A stretch of 63,507 nt of DNA, filler included, from Dehalococcoidia bacterium (GTDB taxonomy: Bacteria > Chloroflexota > Dehalococcoidia > DSTF01 > JACRBR01): assembly GCA_041494685.1 (NCBI GenBank). It is 4 parts of 4 records of this genome, joined end to end, with 100 filler letters (N's around TTAATTAATTAA, not from the genome) between each part and the next. Parts side by side here need not be neighbours in the genome. Positions count along the whole stretch, not along the records: positions 1 to 18,892 come from JBGQBE010000059.1; 3 more parts are not named here. The stretch is one strand, 5' to 3'. The translations under genes and the position numbers were made by a program. The notes under the pieces are model-generated. The model was not told the DNA's origin, searched no databases, and worked only from the letters and a program-made list of their open reading frames with translations. Shown here in pieces: positions 8,791-17,162 of this stretch (the stretch's first letter is position 1; each line of letters opens with the position of its first letter).

Positions 8791-10143
8791 ATGATCCGGA
8801 CGCGCGTGTTCGAGGTGCTGGAGGAGCGAGGGCAGAAGCAGCGCTGGCTGCTCGGGGCGCTCGAACGCCAGGGCTACAGCGTCAGCGAAGGCTACCTCTC
8901 GCAGATCAAGGCCGGCACGAAACAGCCCGGCCGCCAGTTCATCGAGGCGGCCTGCGCCGTGTTCGGCATGGGCGAGCACCAGTTGTTCTACACCGAAGGA
9001 GGATCGAAGAGCATGGCGGGGAAGAACGTGAAGGCCGTGGCCAAGGCGCCGGTGCGCGGGAAGCGCCAGAAGGGCAAGATCAACGTCGCGATCATCGGGG
9101 TCGGCAACTGCGCCTCCTCCCTGGTACAGGGCCGCTACTTCTACCAGGACGCGCAGGAGGGCCATCTCATCCCGGGCCTGATGCACGTCAATCTCGGCGG
9201 CTACCACATCAGCGACATCAACTTCGTCGCCGCGATCGACATCGACACGAACAAGGTCGGCAAGGATCTCTCCGAAGCAGTCTTCGCGCCGCCGAACAAC
9301 ACCTACAAGTTCAGCGACGTGCCCCACCAGGGCGTGCGCGTGGCGCGCGGCATGACGCACGACGGCCTGGGCAAGTACCTCTCGCAGATCATCACCAAAG
9401 CCACCGGCCCGACGGATGACATCGTCAAGCTGCTGAAGGAGACCGAGACCGACGTCGTCGTCAGCTACCTGCCCGTCGGCTCCGAAGAGGCGACGAAGTG
9501 GTACGTCGAGCAGGTGCTGGCCGCCGGCTGCGCCTTCGTCAACTGCATTCCCGTCTTCATCGCGCGCGACCACTACGGCTACTGGCCCAAGCGCTTCCAG
9601 GAGGCCGGTCTGCCGATCATCGGCGACGACATCAAGTCGCAGGTGGGCGCCACGATCGTGCACCGCGTGCTGACGCGGCTCTTCCGCGACCGCGGCGTGC
9701 GGCTGGACCGTACCTACCAGCTCAACTTCGGCGGCAACACCGACTTCCTCAACATGCTGGAGCGCGAGCGGCTGGAATCGAAAAAGATTTCCAAGACGAA
9801 CGCCGTCACGTCGCAGCTTGACTACGAATTGCCGGCCTCAGACGTGCACGTCGGCCCGTCGGACCACGTGCCTTGGCTTCTGGACCGCAAATGGTGCTAC
9901 ATTCGCATGGAGGGCACGACCTTCGGCAATGTCCCGCTCAACGCGGAGGTGAAGCTGGAGGTCTGGGACAGCCCCAACTCCGCCGGCGTCGTCATCGACG
10001 CGATCCGCTGCTGCAAGATCGCGCTGGACCGCGGACTCGCCGGACCGCTGCTGGGCCCGTCGGCGTACTTCATGAAGTCGCCGCCCACCCAGTACGCGGA
10101 CGATGTCGCGCACGACATGGTGGAGGAGTTCATAGCGGGATGA
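8791..10143 (+). CDS. ino1: Myo-inositol-1-phosphate synthase with N-terminal XRE-type HTH domain (internal start at 9013)
   Basis: [39 protein letters not shown] and WDSPNSAG motifs. Residues 1-67 resemble an XRE HTH ([15 protein letters not shown]...LF). Confidence 0.93.
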   Translation: MIRTRVFEVLEERGQKQRWLLGALERQGYSVSEGYLSQIKAGTKQPGRQFIEAACAVFGMGEHQLFYTEGGSKSMAGKNVKAVAKAPVRGKRQKGKINVAIIGVGNCASSLVQGRYFYQDAQEGHLIPGLMHVNLGGYHISDINFVAAIDIDTNKVGKDLSEAVFAPPNNTYKFSDVPHQGVRVARGMTHDGLGKYLSQIITKATGPTDDIVKLLKETETDVVVSYLPVGSEEATKWYVEQVLAAGCAFVNCIPVFIARDHYGYWPKRFQEAGLPIIGDDIKSQVGATIVHRVLTRLFRDRGVRLDRTYQLNFGGNTDFLNMLERERLESKKISKTNAVTSQLDYELPASDVHVGPSDHVPWLLDRKWCYIRMEGTTFGNVPLNAEVKLEVWDSPNSAGVVIDAIRCCKIALDRGLAGPLLGPSAYFMKSPPTQYADDVAHDMVEEFIAG

Positions 10144-10150
10144 GGCCCGA

Positions 10151-11074
10151 TTGCTGGACAGACTTGCGTACTGGCTCTTCCGGCTAGCGATCATCGTGAC
10201 GCGGCCCCTGCCGCTCAGGCTGGGCTACTGGTTTGGCGAGCGCGTCGCGCTGATCTGCTACTGGGTCATCTTTCCCCGCCATCGCAGGGCGCTCAACGCG
10301 AACCTGGCGCACGTGCTGCAAAGCAACGACGCCAGGTTCGTCGATTCCGTGGCGCGCCGTACCTTCCGCAACTTCGGCAAGTACGTCATCGACTTCATCC
10401 ACTTCCCGGTCATCACGCGCGAAGAAGTACAGCAGCGCATCCGCTTCGACCAGTGGGACGAGTTCAACGCCTGCGTCGACTCCGGGCGCGGGATCATCGT
10501 GGCCACGCTCCATTTCGGCATCTGGGATCTCGGCGCGGCCGCGCTGGCCGCGCACGGCTACCCGATCAACGCCATTGCCGAGACGTTCCGTTACCAGCCG
10601 ATGAACGACCTCGTGCAGGGGTCGCGGACGAAGCTGGGCATGAAGGTGATCAACCACGACCGCCTGGGGCCCACCGTGTTCAAGGCCTTGCGCCGCGGCG
10701 AGATGCTGGCCATGCTCATCGACATCGCGACCGAGGAGACGGGCATCCGCGTCAACTTCTTCGACGCGCCCGCGCTGGTCTCGCCGGCGCCGGCCCGCAT
10801 CGCGCTGCGCACCAACTCGTGGGTCGTGCCCGCCGTCGTGCTGCGCGGCCCGGAGGACGACCTCGTCATCCGCCCGATGCTCGACACGAGCCTGCGCGAC
10901 TACGTGCCCACCGGCGACGAATCCTACGACGTGCCGGAACTCACGCGGCTCATCATGCATTCGATGGAGGCGACGATCCGCCAGTATCCCGACCAGTGGT
11001 TCGTCTTCCGCCGCATGTGGAACCATCCGGCGACCGCCCCCGCCTCGATGGGCAAGCTGGCCGAAGAGGTCTGA
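10151..11074 (+). CDS. Lipid acyltransferase, PatA/LpxL family
   Basis: HFGIWD (H-x4-D), V-x-FF and PDQW motifs. Confidence 0.88.
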   Translation: MLDRLAYWLFRLAIIVTRPLPLRLGYWFGERVALICYWVIFPRHRRALNANLAHVLQSNDARFVDSVARRTFRNFGKYVIDFIHFPVITREEVQQRIRFDQWDEFNACVDSGRGIIVATLHFGIWDLGAAALAAHGYPINAIAETFRYQPMNDLVQGSRTKLGMKVINHDRLGPTVFKALRRGEMLAMLIDIATEETGIRVNFFDAPALVSPAPARIALRTNSWVVPAVVLRGPEDDLVIRPMLDTSLRDYVPTGDESYDVPELTRLIMHSMEATIRQYPDQWFVFRRMWNHPATAPASMGKLAEEV

Positions 11075-11077
11075 CGC

Positions 11078-12025
11078 TTGCTCTTCCGCATCCCCTTCAT
11101 CCGCAAGTGGCGCTACTACCTGATGCGGTTCGTGATCGCCACCATCGGGCGCATGCCGCTCTCGTGGCGGTACGGCATCGCCCGCTTCGGGGCGGACCGC
11201 ATCTACGAGTGGGGGCCGCGCATCGGCCCGAACGTGCGCAGCAACATGCGGCACGTGCTGGGCCCCGACGCCAGCGAAGAAGAGATCGATCGCCTCGCGC
11301 GTGACTGCGCGCGCAACACAGCCCGCTACTACGCCGATGTCGTCGGCATGCACCGCATGGACATCGGCGCGTTCTACGAGCACGACCTGGTGCTCGAAGG
11401 GCTGCACTACGTGACGGAGGCCCAGAAGTCCGGTCACGGCGTCGTGCTGGCGTCGGCGCACTACGCCAACCCTGAGTTCGCCGTGCAGGGACTCGCCGCG
11501 GCCGGCATCAAGGTCTTCGCGCTCGTCGAGCCGCTGGACCCGCCCGAACTCGGGCGACTGATGCGCGGGCTGCGGACGGTACACGGCCACATCTACGCAC
11601 CCGTGAGCTTCGGCGCGGTGAAGAACGCGATGCAGTGGCTCCGCCAAGGCGGCGTCGTCGCGATCCTGGTGGACCGCGACATCCAGAAGAACGGTATCGA
11701 GTTGGAGTTCTGCGGCGCAAAGGCGCGCTTCCCGACCGGCGCCGTAGACCTCGCGATACGCACGGACGCCGTGCTGGTGCCCGGATGGGTGCGCCGTGAG
11801 GGCGGCTTCAAGGTCCGCGCCACCCTCGGCCCGCCGCTGCCGCTGGTGCTCACCGGCGACCGCGACGAGGACCTGCGCGTGAACACGCAGCGCATGCTCG
11901 ATCTGTTCGAGCAGCACCTGAAGCGCGATCCCGGACAGTGGAGCGTGCTCGACCGCATCTGGCCCGACGACCCGCCGCCGAGCCGGGACGCCGCGCCCGC
12001 CACGCAGCCGGCCGCCGGAGACTAG
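11078..12025 (+). CDS. Second PatA/LpxL family acyltransferase
   Basis: HYANPE, LVDRD, FPTGA and PGQW motifs. Confidence 0.86.
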   Translation: MLFRIPFIRKWRYYLMRFVIATIGRMPLSWRYGIARFGADRIYEWGPRIGPNVRSNMRHVLGPDASEEEIDRLARDCARNTARYYADVVGMHRMDIGAFYEHDLVLEGLHYVTEAQKSGHGVVLASAHYANPEFAVQGLAAAGIKVFALVEPLDPPELGRLMRGLRTVHGHIYAPVSFGAVKNAMQWLRQGGVVAILVDRDIQKNGIELEFCGAKARFPTGAVDLAIRTDAVLVPGWVRREGGFKVRATLGPPLPLVLTGDRDEDLRVNTQRMLDLFEQHLKRDPGQWSVLDRIWPDDPPPSRDAAPATQPAAGD

Positions 12026-12070
12026 GCGGTACAATAGCGGCGCATCCCCAGCGCAGCGCCGGAGCACACC

Positions 12071-12856
12071 TTGGGCACCGCCGACCTCCACATCCACACA
12101 CGCTACGGCGACGGCATGGCGACCGTGCCGGAACTGCTCGCGTACGTCGAGGAGCGCTGCGACCTCGACGTTATCGCGGTGACGGAGCACGACACGCTGC
12201 TCGCGGCCGACGAGGCGCGCGAGCTGCACGCCCGCGGCGGCTTCCGCTTCGGCCTGGTCTGCGGCATGGAGGTGACGACGCTGGACGGCCACCTGCTTGC
12301 GCTCTACATCGACGAGCCCATCGCGAGCTTCCAGCGCATGGAACCCACGCTGGAGGCGATCCGGCGGCAGGGCGGCCTGGCGGTCGTGCCGCATCCGCTC
12401 TCCTGGCTGACCCGCAGCGTCAGCGAGCGCGTCTTCGACCGCATCGCGGCGGTGCGGAACGACGGCATCTACTTCGATGGCATCGAGGAGTACAACCTGA
12501 GCCCCGCCGGCCGCGTCACGTCGGCGAGGGCGCGGCGGCTGAACCGCGAGCGCCTCGGCCTCGCCGCGCTCGGCTGCAGCGACGCGCACTTCCTGCAGGC
12601 GATCGGCAGCGCCTACACGGAGTTTCCCGGCACGAGCGCGGACGACCTGCGCGGCGCGATCGAGCGGCACGAGACGTCCGGCGCGGCGGGACGCGCGCCG
12701 CGCATGTCGGAGCTGGGATACCGCAACGTCGCGCTGCAGCAGTTGCGCGGGATGATGGCGACGCCGCGCACCATGGGCTGGGCGCCGACGATCCGCAGCT
12801 TCATCGTCAGCCGCGCGCGCCACAAGCCGCCGCGGCCCGAGGGCCCGGCGCGATGA
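12071..12856 (+). CDS. PHP-domain phosphoesterase
   Basis: DLHIHT, TEHD, GMEV, GHLL, PHP and SDAH metal-ligand motifs. Confidence 0.9.
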   Translation: MGTADLHIHTRYGDGMATVPELLAYVEERCDLDVIAVTEHDTLLAADEARELHARGGFRFGLVCGMEVTTLDGHLLALYIDEPIASFQRMEPTLEAIRRQGGLAVVPHPLSWLTRSVSERVFDRIAAVRNDGIYFDGIEEYNLSPAGRVTSARARRLNRERLGLAALGCSDAHFLQAIGSAYTEFPGTSADDLRGAIERHETSGAAGRAPRMSELGYRNVALQQLRGMMATPRTMGWAPTIRSFIVSRARHKPPRPEGPAR

Positions 12857-14004
12857 AGATCGCCCTCGTCTCGCCGTACGACTGGGCTGTGTCTGGCGGC
12901 GTCAACAACCACATCGCCCACCTGGCGGAGAAGTTCGTGGCGCTGGGGCACGAACCGCACATCATCGCACCCGGCGCGAAGCAGGCGACCAGCGCCGTCT
13001 GCCCGATCACGACGATCGGGCGGCCGATCCCGCTGCCGGTGAGCGGCTCCGTCGCGCGCATCACGCTGTCGCTGCGCACCGCCGGCCAGGTGAAGCGCGT
13101 GCTGGCCGAGACCGACTTCGACATCGTGCACGTGCACGAGCCGTTCATGCCGCAGCTGCCGATCCAGTTCCTCCGCTACTCCACGACGGTGAACGTCGGC
13201 ACGTGGCACGCCCAGCGCGCGTCGAACTTCGCCTACGTGTACGGCCGGCGGCTGATCAAGCGCTGGCAGCGCAAGCTCGACGGCAAGATCGCCGTGTCGC
13301 AGGCGGCGGTGAAGCACATCGAGAAGTACTTCCCGGGCTTCTACAACGTCATCCCGAACGGCGTGGACATCGAGCACTTCGGCCGCGCCGTGGAGCCGCT
13401 GCCGGAGTTCACCGACGGCAAGCGGAACGTGCTGTTCGTCGGCCGGCCGGAGAAGCGCAAAGGATTGAAGTTCCTGATCCGCGCATTCGTCGGCGTGCAG
13501 GCGGCGCTGCCGGACACGCGGCTGATCGTCGTCGGCGCAGGCGAGTTCGGCCGCTACGAGAACGCCGTCCGCAAGGCGCACCTGCGCGACGTCGTCTTCC
13601 GCAGCCACGTGCCCTTCGACGAACTGCCGCGCTACCACCGCACCGCGCACGTCTTCTGCGCGCCGAACACCGGCTTCGAGAGCCAGGGCATCGTGCTGCT
13701 CGAAGCGATGGCCGCGGGGCTGCCTGTCGTCGCGTCGAACATCGACGGCTTCGCCGGCGTCGTCACGCACGGCGTCGAGGGGCTGCTCGTGCGGCCGGAG
13801 GACCCGCAGGCGCTCGCGGCCGGGCTGATCGAGTTGCTGCGCGACCCGCGCCGCGCCGCCGCGATGGCCGCCCGCGGCGTCGAGCGCGCGCAGTACTACA
13901 GCTGGGACCGCGTCACCCAGCAGGTGCTCTCGTACTACGAGCGCCTGATCTACGAACGCCGCATGGCGGAGCGCGGAGCCGGCGAGCGCCCCACGGACGA
14001 GTGA
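12853..14004 (+). CDS. GT4 glycosyltransferase, PimA-like mannosyltransferase
   Basis: SPYDWAVSGGV, HVHEP, RKG and ESQGIVLLEAMAAG motifs; ATGA overlap with the PHP gene. Confidence 0.87.
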   Translation: MKIALVSPYDWAVSGGVNNHIAHLAEKFVALGHEPHIIAPGAKQATSAVCPITTIGRPIPLPVSGSVARITLSLRTAGQVKRVLAETDFDIVHVHEPFMPQLPIQFLRYSTTVNVGTWHAQRASNFAYVYGRRLIKRWQRKLDGKIAVSQAAVKHIEKYFPGFYNVIPNGVDIEHFGRAVEPLPEFTDGKRNVLFVGRPEKRKGLKFLIRAFVGVQAALPDTRLIVVGAGEFGRYENAVRKAHLRDVVFRSHVPFDELPRYHRTAHVFCAPNTGFESQGIVLLEAMAAGLPVVASNIDGFAGVVTHGVEGLLVRPEDPQALAAGLIELLRDPRRAAAMAARGVERAQYYSWDRVTQQVLSYYERLIYERRMAERGAGERPTDE

Positions 14005-14146
14005 CCCGGAGCGGGCGACGGCCACGTGCGGCCGGCCCAAGCGCGCTCGCGCGACGCGCGCGATGCTACACCCCCGGCCAGGTGCGCTGCCGGGCTGCGC
14101 TACGCGCCGAACGGCGCACGCTCTCACGACGTTGGGCCTTTGATTG

Positions 14147-14545
14147 TCAGTTGTTTTCTCGCGATTTTCTTGTGCGGTGGGCGCTGGCGGCGGGTTGGGG
14201 GACGGGCGCAGATTCGGCGGACGGCGATGCGGCGGCGGGCGGGGCACCAGATCGCGGTCGGGACTGACTGTTCGGATTGACCGCGTCGCGCAATCGATCA
14301 AAGAGCAGCGGGTGGATGAGCTGGACGACCCTGCGCATGTTGTGGCTGCCGCCGGGCGGGCGGAGGAGGCCGGAGTCGCGGAGGGCGATGATGACCTCGC
14401 GCAGGACGGGCTCGTCGTGGCGCAGCTCGAAGAAGCGGAGGGCTACGGCGACCTCGCGCAGGCGGCGTGAGTTGTTGCCGGTGCGGAGGGCGTTCAGGTT
14501 GCCGCGCGGCGTGCCCGCGCCGGGACGCCGTCCTCCTCGTGGCAT
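14147..14545 (-). CDS. Hypothetical protein with GG-RPGAG-P-GNLNAL-xG N-terminal motif
   Basis: MPRGGRRPGAGTPRGNLNALRTG after a GAAAGGGG RBS. Confidence 0.6.
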   Translation of the reverse strand: MPRGGRRPGAGTPRGNLNALRTGNNSRRLREVAVALRFFELRHDEPVLREVIIALRDSGLLRPPGGSHNMRRVVQLIHPLLFDRLRDAVNPNSQSRPRSGAPPAAASPSAESAPVPQPAASAHRTRKSRENN

Positions 14546-14682
14546 GTGGTGGCCCCTTTCTCCGACAGATGGAACGCTGGGGCGAGCGTACGCCGAGGCG
14601 GCGGCGATCTCGAAGCGGGGAGTGTCATCGAAGAGAATTACTGACGTTCCTGCCTAGCGGCGAGCGATCCCCTTGACGTGCG

Positions 14683-15105
14683 TCAGTAGGTCTCCCGGAA
14701 CTTGACGAGCGTGTGTATGAGCCGATCTCGGCGCGTCGGCGAAATCGAGAGCTGCAACTCGAACCCACTGCACTTCGCGGAGAGTTCGCGCAATTTGGCG
14801 TCAACGGTCTGGCGATCCGGTGGACTAAGTCGTACAAGCTCGGCTCGTTCAAGAACTAGCTTGTTGAGGTTGTTCGCCGCTGCTCGCGCGCAGAGGTCTG
14901 GTGTAAGGGCTCCGAACGCGGTGGCTGCGAGAAAAGTCGGGCGTATCGACACGCGGGAAGACGTGAACAATTTTGCGGTGGATCGAAGGATACGCTCCAT
15001 AGCGGCGGGGTTCGGCTGGGCAAGAACCTCTAAGTTTCCCCACGCCGTCGCGATGCGTTCCCACTTGTGCCCGAAAGGATCACGTTGCGGATTGCGCGGC
15101 GGCAT
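14683..15105 (-). CDS. Hypothetical protein (140 aa) coupled to the GmrSD gene
   Basis: AGGAGG RBS overlaps the upstream TAG stop; lower GC than the host. Confidence 0.65.
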   Translation of the reverse strand: MPPRNPQRDPFGHKWERIATAWGNLEVLAQPNPAAMERILRSTAKLFTSSRVSIRPTFLAATAFGALTPDLCARAAANNLNKLVLERAELVRLSPPDRQTVDAKLRELSAKCSGFELQLSISPTRRDRLIHTLVKFRETY

Positions 15106-15113
15106 TTCTCCTC

Positions 15114-16982
15114 CTACGTGCGAGGCCCCGGCCAGATACGGAGAGCGAGATCGGCGAGTTTTTCGCCACGAGCGTCGACTTGCGCTTCGTTCCAGTCTGT
15201 CGCTTGGTGGAAGTACGAGTTCAACGCCAACAGGCTATTTGCGATTTCCGTTCGTTTGAGGCTGTAGGGGCCGTTGCTCACGGAAGAATTTAGGGGTTGG
15301 GTTAGCAATGTGAGATTGCCAAGACGGTGCGTGGCAGTTTCTCGCTCCGTCCTTGCGTCGAGCCAGTTCTCCCCATCCTTCAGGTAGAGTGGCCAGTCGT
15401 CCTCGCTTGGGTGCTGCGGCATCACGTGCTCGATCGTGAGCTCGCTATTGATCGACATATCCTCGCTATATCGGTGTCTCGATGCGTGATCCAACGCTTG
15501 GAGGATCATCTGCATCCGCCGAGGGGTTACGGTCCGATAAAGTGGGTCGTTCACGAGGTGGCGCCTGAATTCATCGTCGCCGGGCCACACCGCGCTCTCA
15601 GCTGCGGATGACCCGAGCTGAGCGCGAAGTCCTGCGGCAGTCGGCACGCCGGCACGCCGAAGCTTTCCTAAGGCTTCGAGGAAGAGTCGATTGTAAGCCT
15701 TAGCATTGTGCCCGCAAACGATGCGTCGGACGAGGAACGACTCAACGTCGGTGAGCATCTCCAGGAATTCGGACGAATCGGTCCCCAACTCTCCTGCAGC
15801 CCAAAGGAGAAGGGGATACGCCGTAGCAGTATCTAGAACCCTGAGCCGGCGACAGGAGATGGCGAAGTCGGTTGACGAGTCCGGGGCGAGCATCACCGCG
15901 TAGAACTTGCTGAATCGAAGTAGAGATTGAAGTTCGTTTTCGACATCGCGCTCGGCTGATTCCCACCAGTCGCGAAACGCTTGATAGAGGTGCCCGATCT
16001 TCAGTTCGTCGCCCGTGAGGAACGTCACGTAGTGAAAGAGGAACAGATCGAGGCGGCTACGCTTCAGCCGTCCCTGTCGCTCCTCCTCCTTCCAGAATGG
16101 CTGTTTCGGCGGGTCTTCCTCGTAGGTTCGCCAGAGTTCGTCGTACAGCCGCGTGACGTCGCGGCCGTCGCGGGTGGCTGTGAGGAATACGAAATTACGG
16201 ACTAGATCAGAGGGTGTCAGCGGCTCGCCGCGAGCGTTGAGCGTCTCGAAGATTACCTGTGCGTTATCTTCAGCGTCGAGCTCGATCGTCACAAGCTGGA
16301 TGTTCTGAATCAGAGCTTCGATCAAGTCGTGTGCGCGTTGCTCCACGGGAAGATCGACGAGATCGAATGGCAACTCTTCGGGGTCGTCATCAAGGTAGTC
16401 TCGTACCATTTGCGAAAAGTAGAGATAGGCTTCAACGACACCCGGCCGCGGAGGTCGCCACTTCTTGTATTTGAATTCATGAAACCGTCGATACAGCTCT
16501 TCCAGTTCCGACGACGATCCTGCTTCCATGACGTTGGCAACATGTACCTGCATGGAACTCGTCGGCCACACTTTGAAGCGCTCGTCGGGCGTCACAAGCT
16601 GTCCGGTGTTCAGCGTCAAGCGCTGGAGACGATCTTTGAGATACGGGTCATCAAGCACGGCGCCGGCCTCGTCTCGTATCGCCGCGAGCAATACCTGGAG
16701 CGTCGTCAACCGCTGCTGCCCATCGATGATGTCAACCACCGGCACGCGCGAGAGAGGAGTGAGAGTGAGATTGAGCACCAAGGCGCCGAGGAAGTGCTTG
16801 TGTAGCCGCGTGCCCGGCTGGGAGCGGTATCGGACAAGCTCTGCTGTCTGATCTATTAGATCGTCCCAGAGCGGTTCCCACTGCCCCTCACGATTCCAGA
16901 CGTATCCTCGTTGGAAGAGCGGAACAACGTACCGCCGATGCTTCTCGAAGATCTCGAAGACGGTGGACTTGTCGGTCTTCAT
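15114..16982 (-). CDS. DUF262-DUF1524 (GmrSD/SspE-like) modification-dependent endonuclease
   Basis: QRGYVW, IDGQQRLTT, FETLNARG, IEHVMPQ and LGNLTLL...N HNH-like motifs; low GC. Confidence 0.92.
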   Translation of the reverse strand: MKTDKSTVFEIFEKHRRYVVPLFQRGYVWNREGQWEPLWDDLIDQTAELVRYRSQPGTRLHKHFLGALVLNLTLTPLSRVPVVDIIDGQQRLTTLQVLLAAIRDEAGAVLDDPYLKDRLQRLTLNTGQLVTPDERFKVWPTSSMQVHVANVMEAGSSSELEELYRRFHEFKYKKWRPPRPGVVEAYLYFSQMVRDYLDDDPEELPFDLVDLPVEQRAHDLIEALIQNIQLVTIELDAEDNAQVIFETLNARGEPLTPSDLVRNFVFLTATRDGRDVTRLYDELWRTYEEDPPKQPFWKEEERQGRLKRSRLDLFLFHYVTFLTGDELKIGHLYQAFRDWWESAERDVENELQSLLRFSKFYAVMLAPDSSTDFAISCRRLRVLDTATAYPLLLWAAGELGTDSSEFLEMLTDVESFLVRRIVCGHNAKAYNRLFLEALGKLRRAGVPTAAGLRAQLGSSAAESAVWPGDDEFRRHLVNDPLYRTVTPRRMQMILQALDHASRHRYSEDMSINSELTIEHVMPQHPSEDDWPLYLKDGENWLDARTERETATHRLGNLTLLTQPLNSSVSNGPYSLKRTEIANSLLALNSYFHQATDWNEAQVDARGEKLADLALRIWPGPRT

Positions 16983-17162
16983 GTTTTAGCTAACTCGTGA
17001 TAGAGCCGTGTTACGCGGGTTGGCGGTCAGCGGATCATAGCCGCGCGAACGTGCAAAAGTAAAGCAACTCGGCAAGGACGGTGAGCGCTGCTACACTGTC
17101 GTCGCGAAGGGGCTGATCGGGCGATCAGCCCCCGATCGTGCTGTCCGCGGCGTTGGAGGCGC

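Noticed and set aside
10184..12823. Very long alternative-frame and antisense ORFs (e.g. 10184-12823, 7732-9663, 27178-29091, and N-terminal extensions of 50997-53267, 54333-56975, 55304-58183)
   Set aside because: Arg/Ala/Gly-rich shadow frames expected at this GC; they overlap well-supported genes. Apparent fusions disappear when starts are reassigned.
14620..17090. IS or prophage boundaries around the GmrSD islet
   Set aside because: No transposase, integrase, terminal inverted repeats or target duplications seen.
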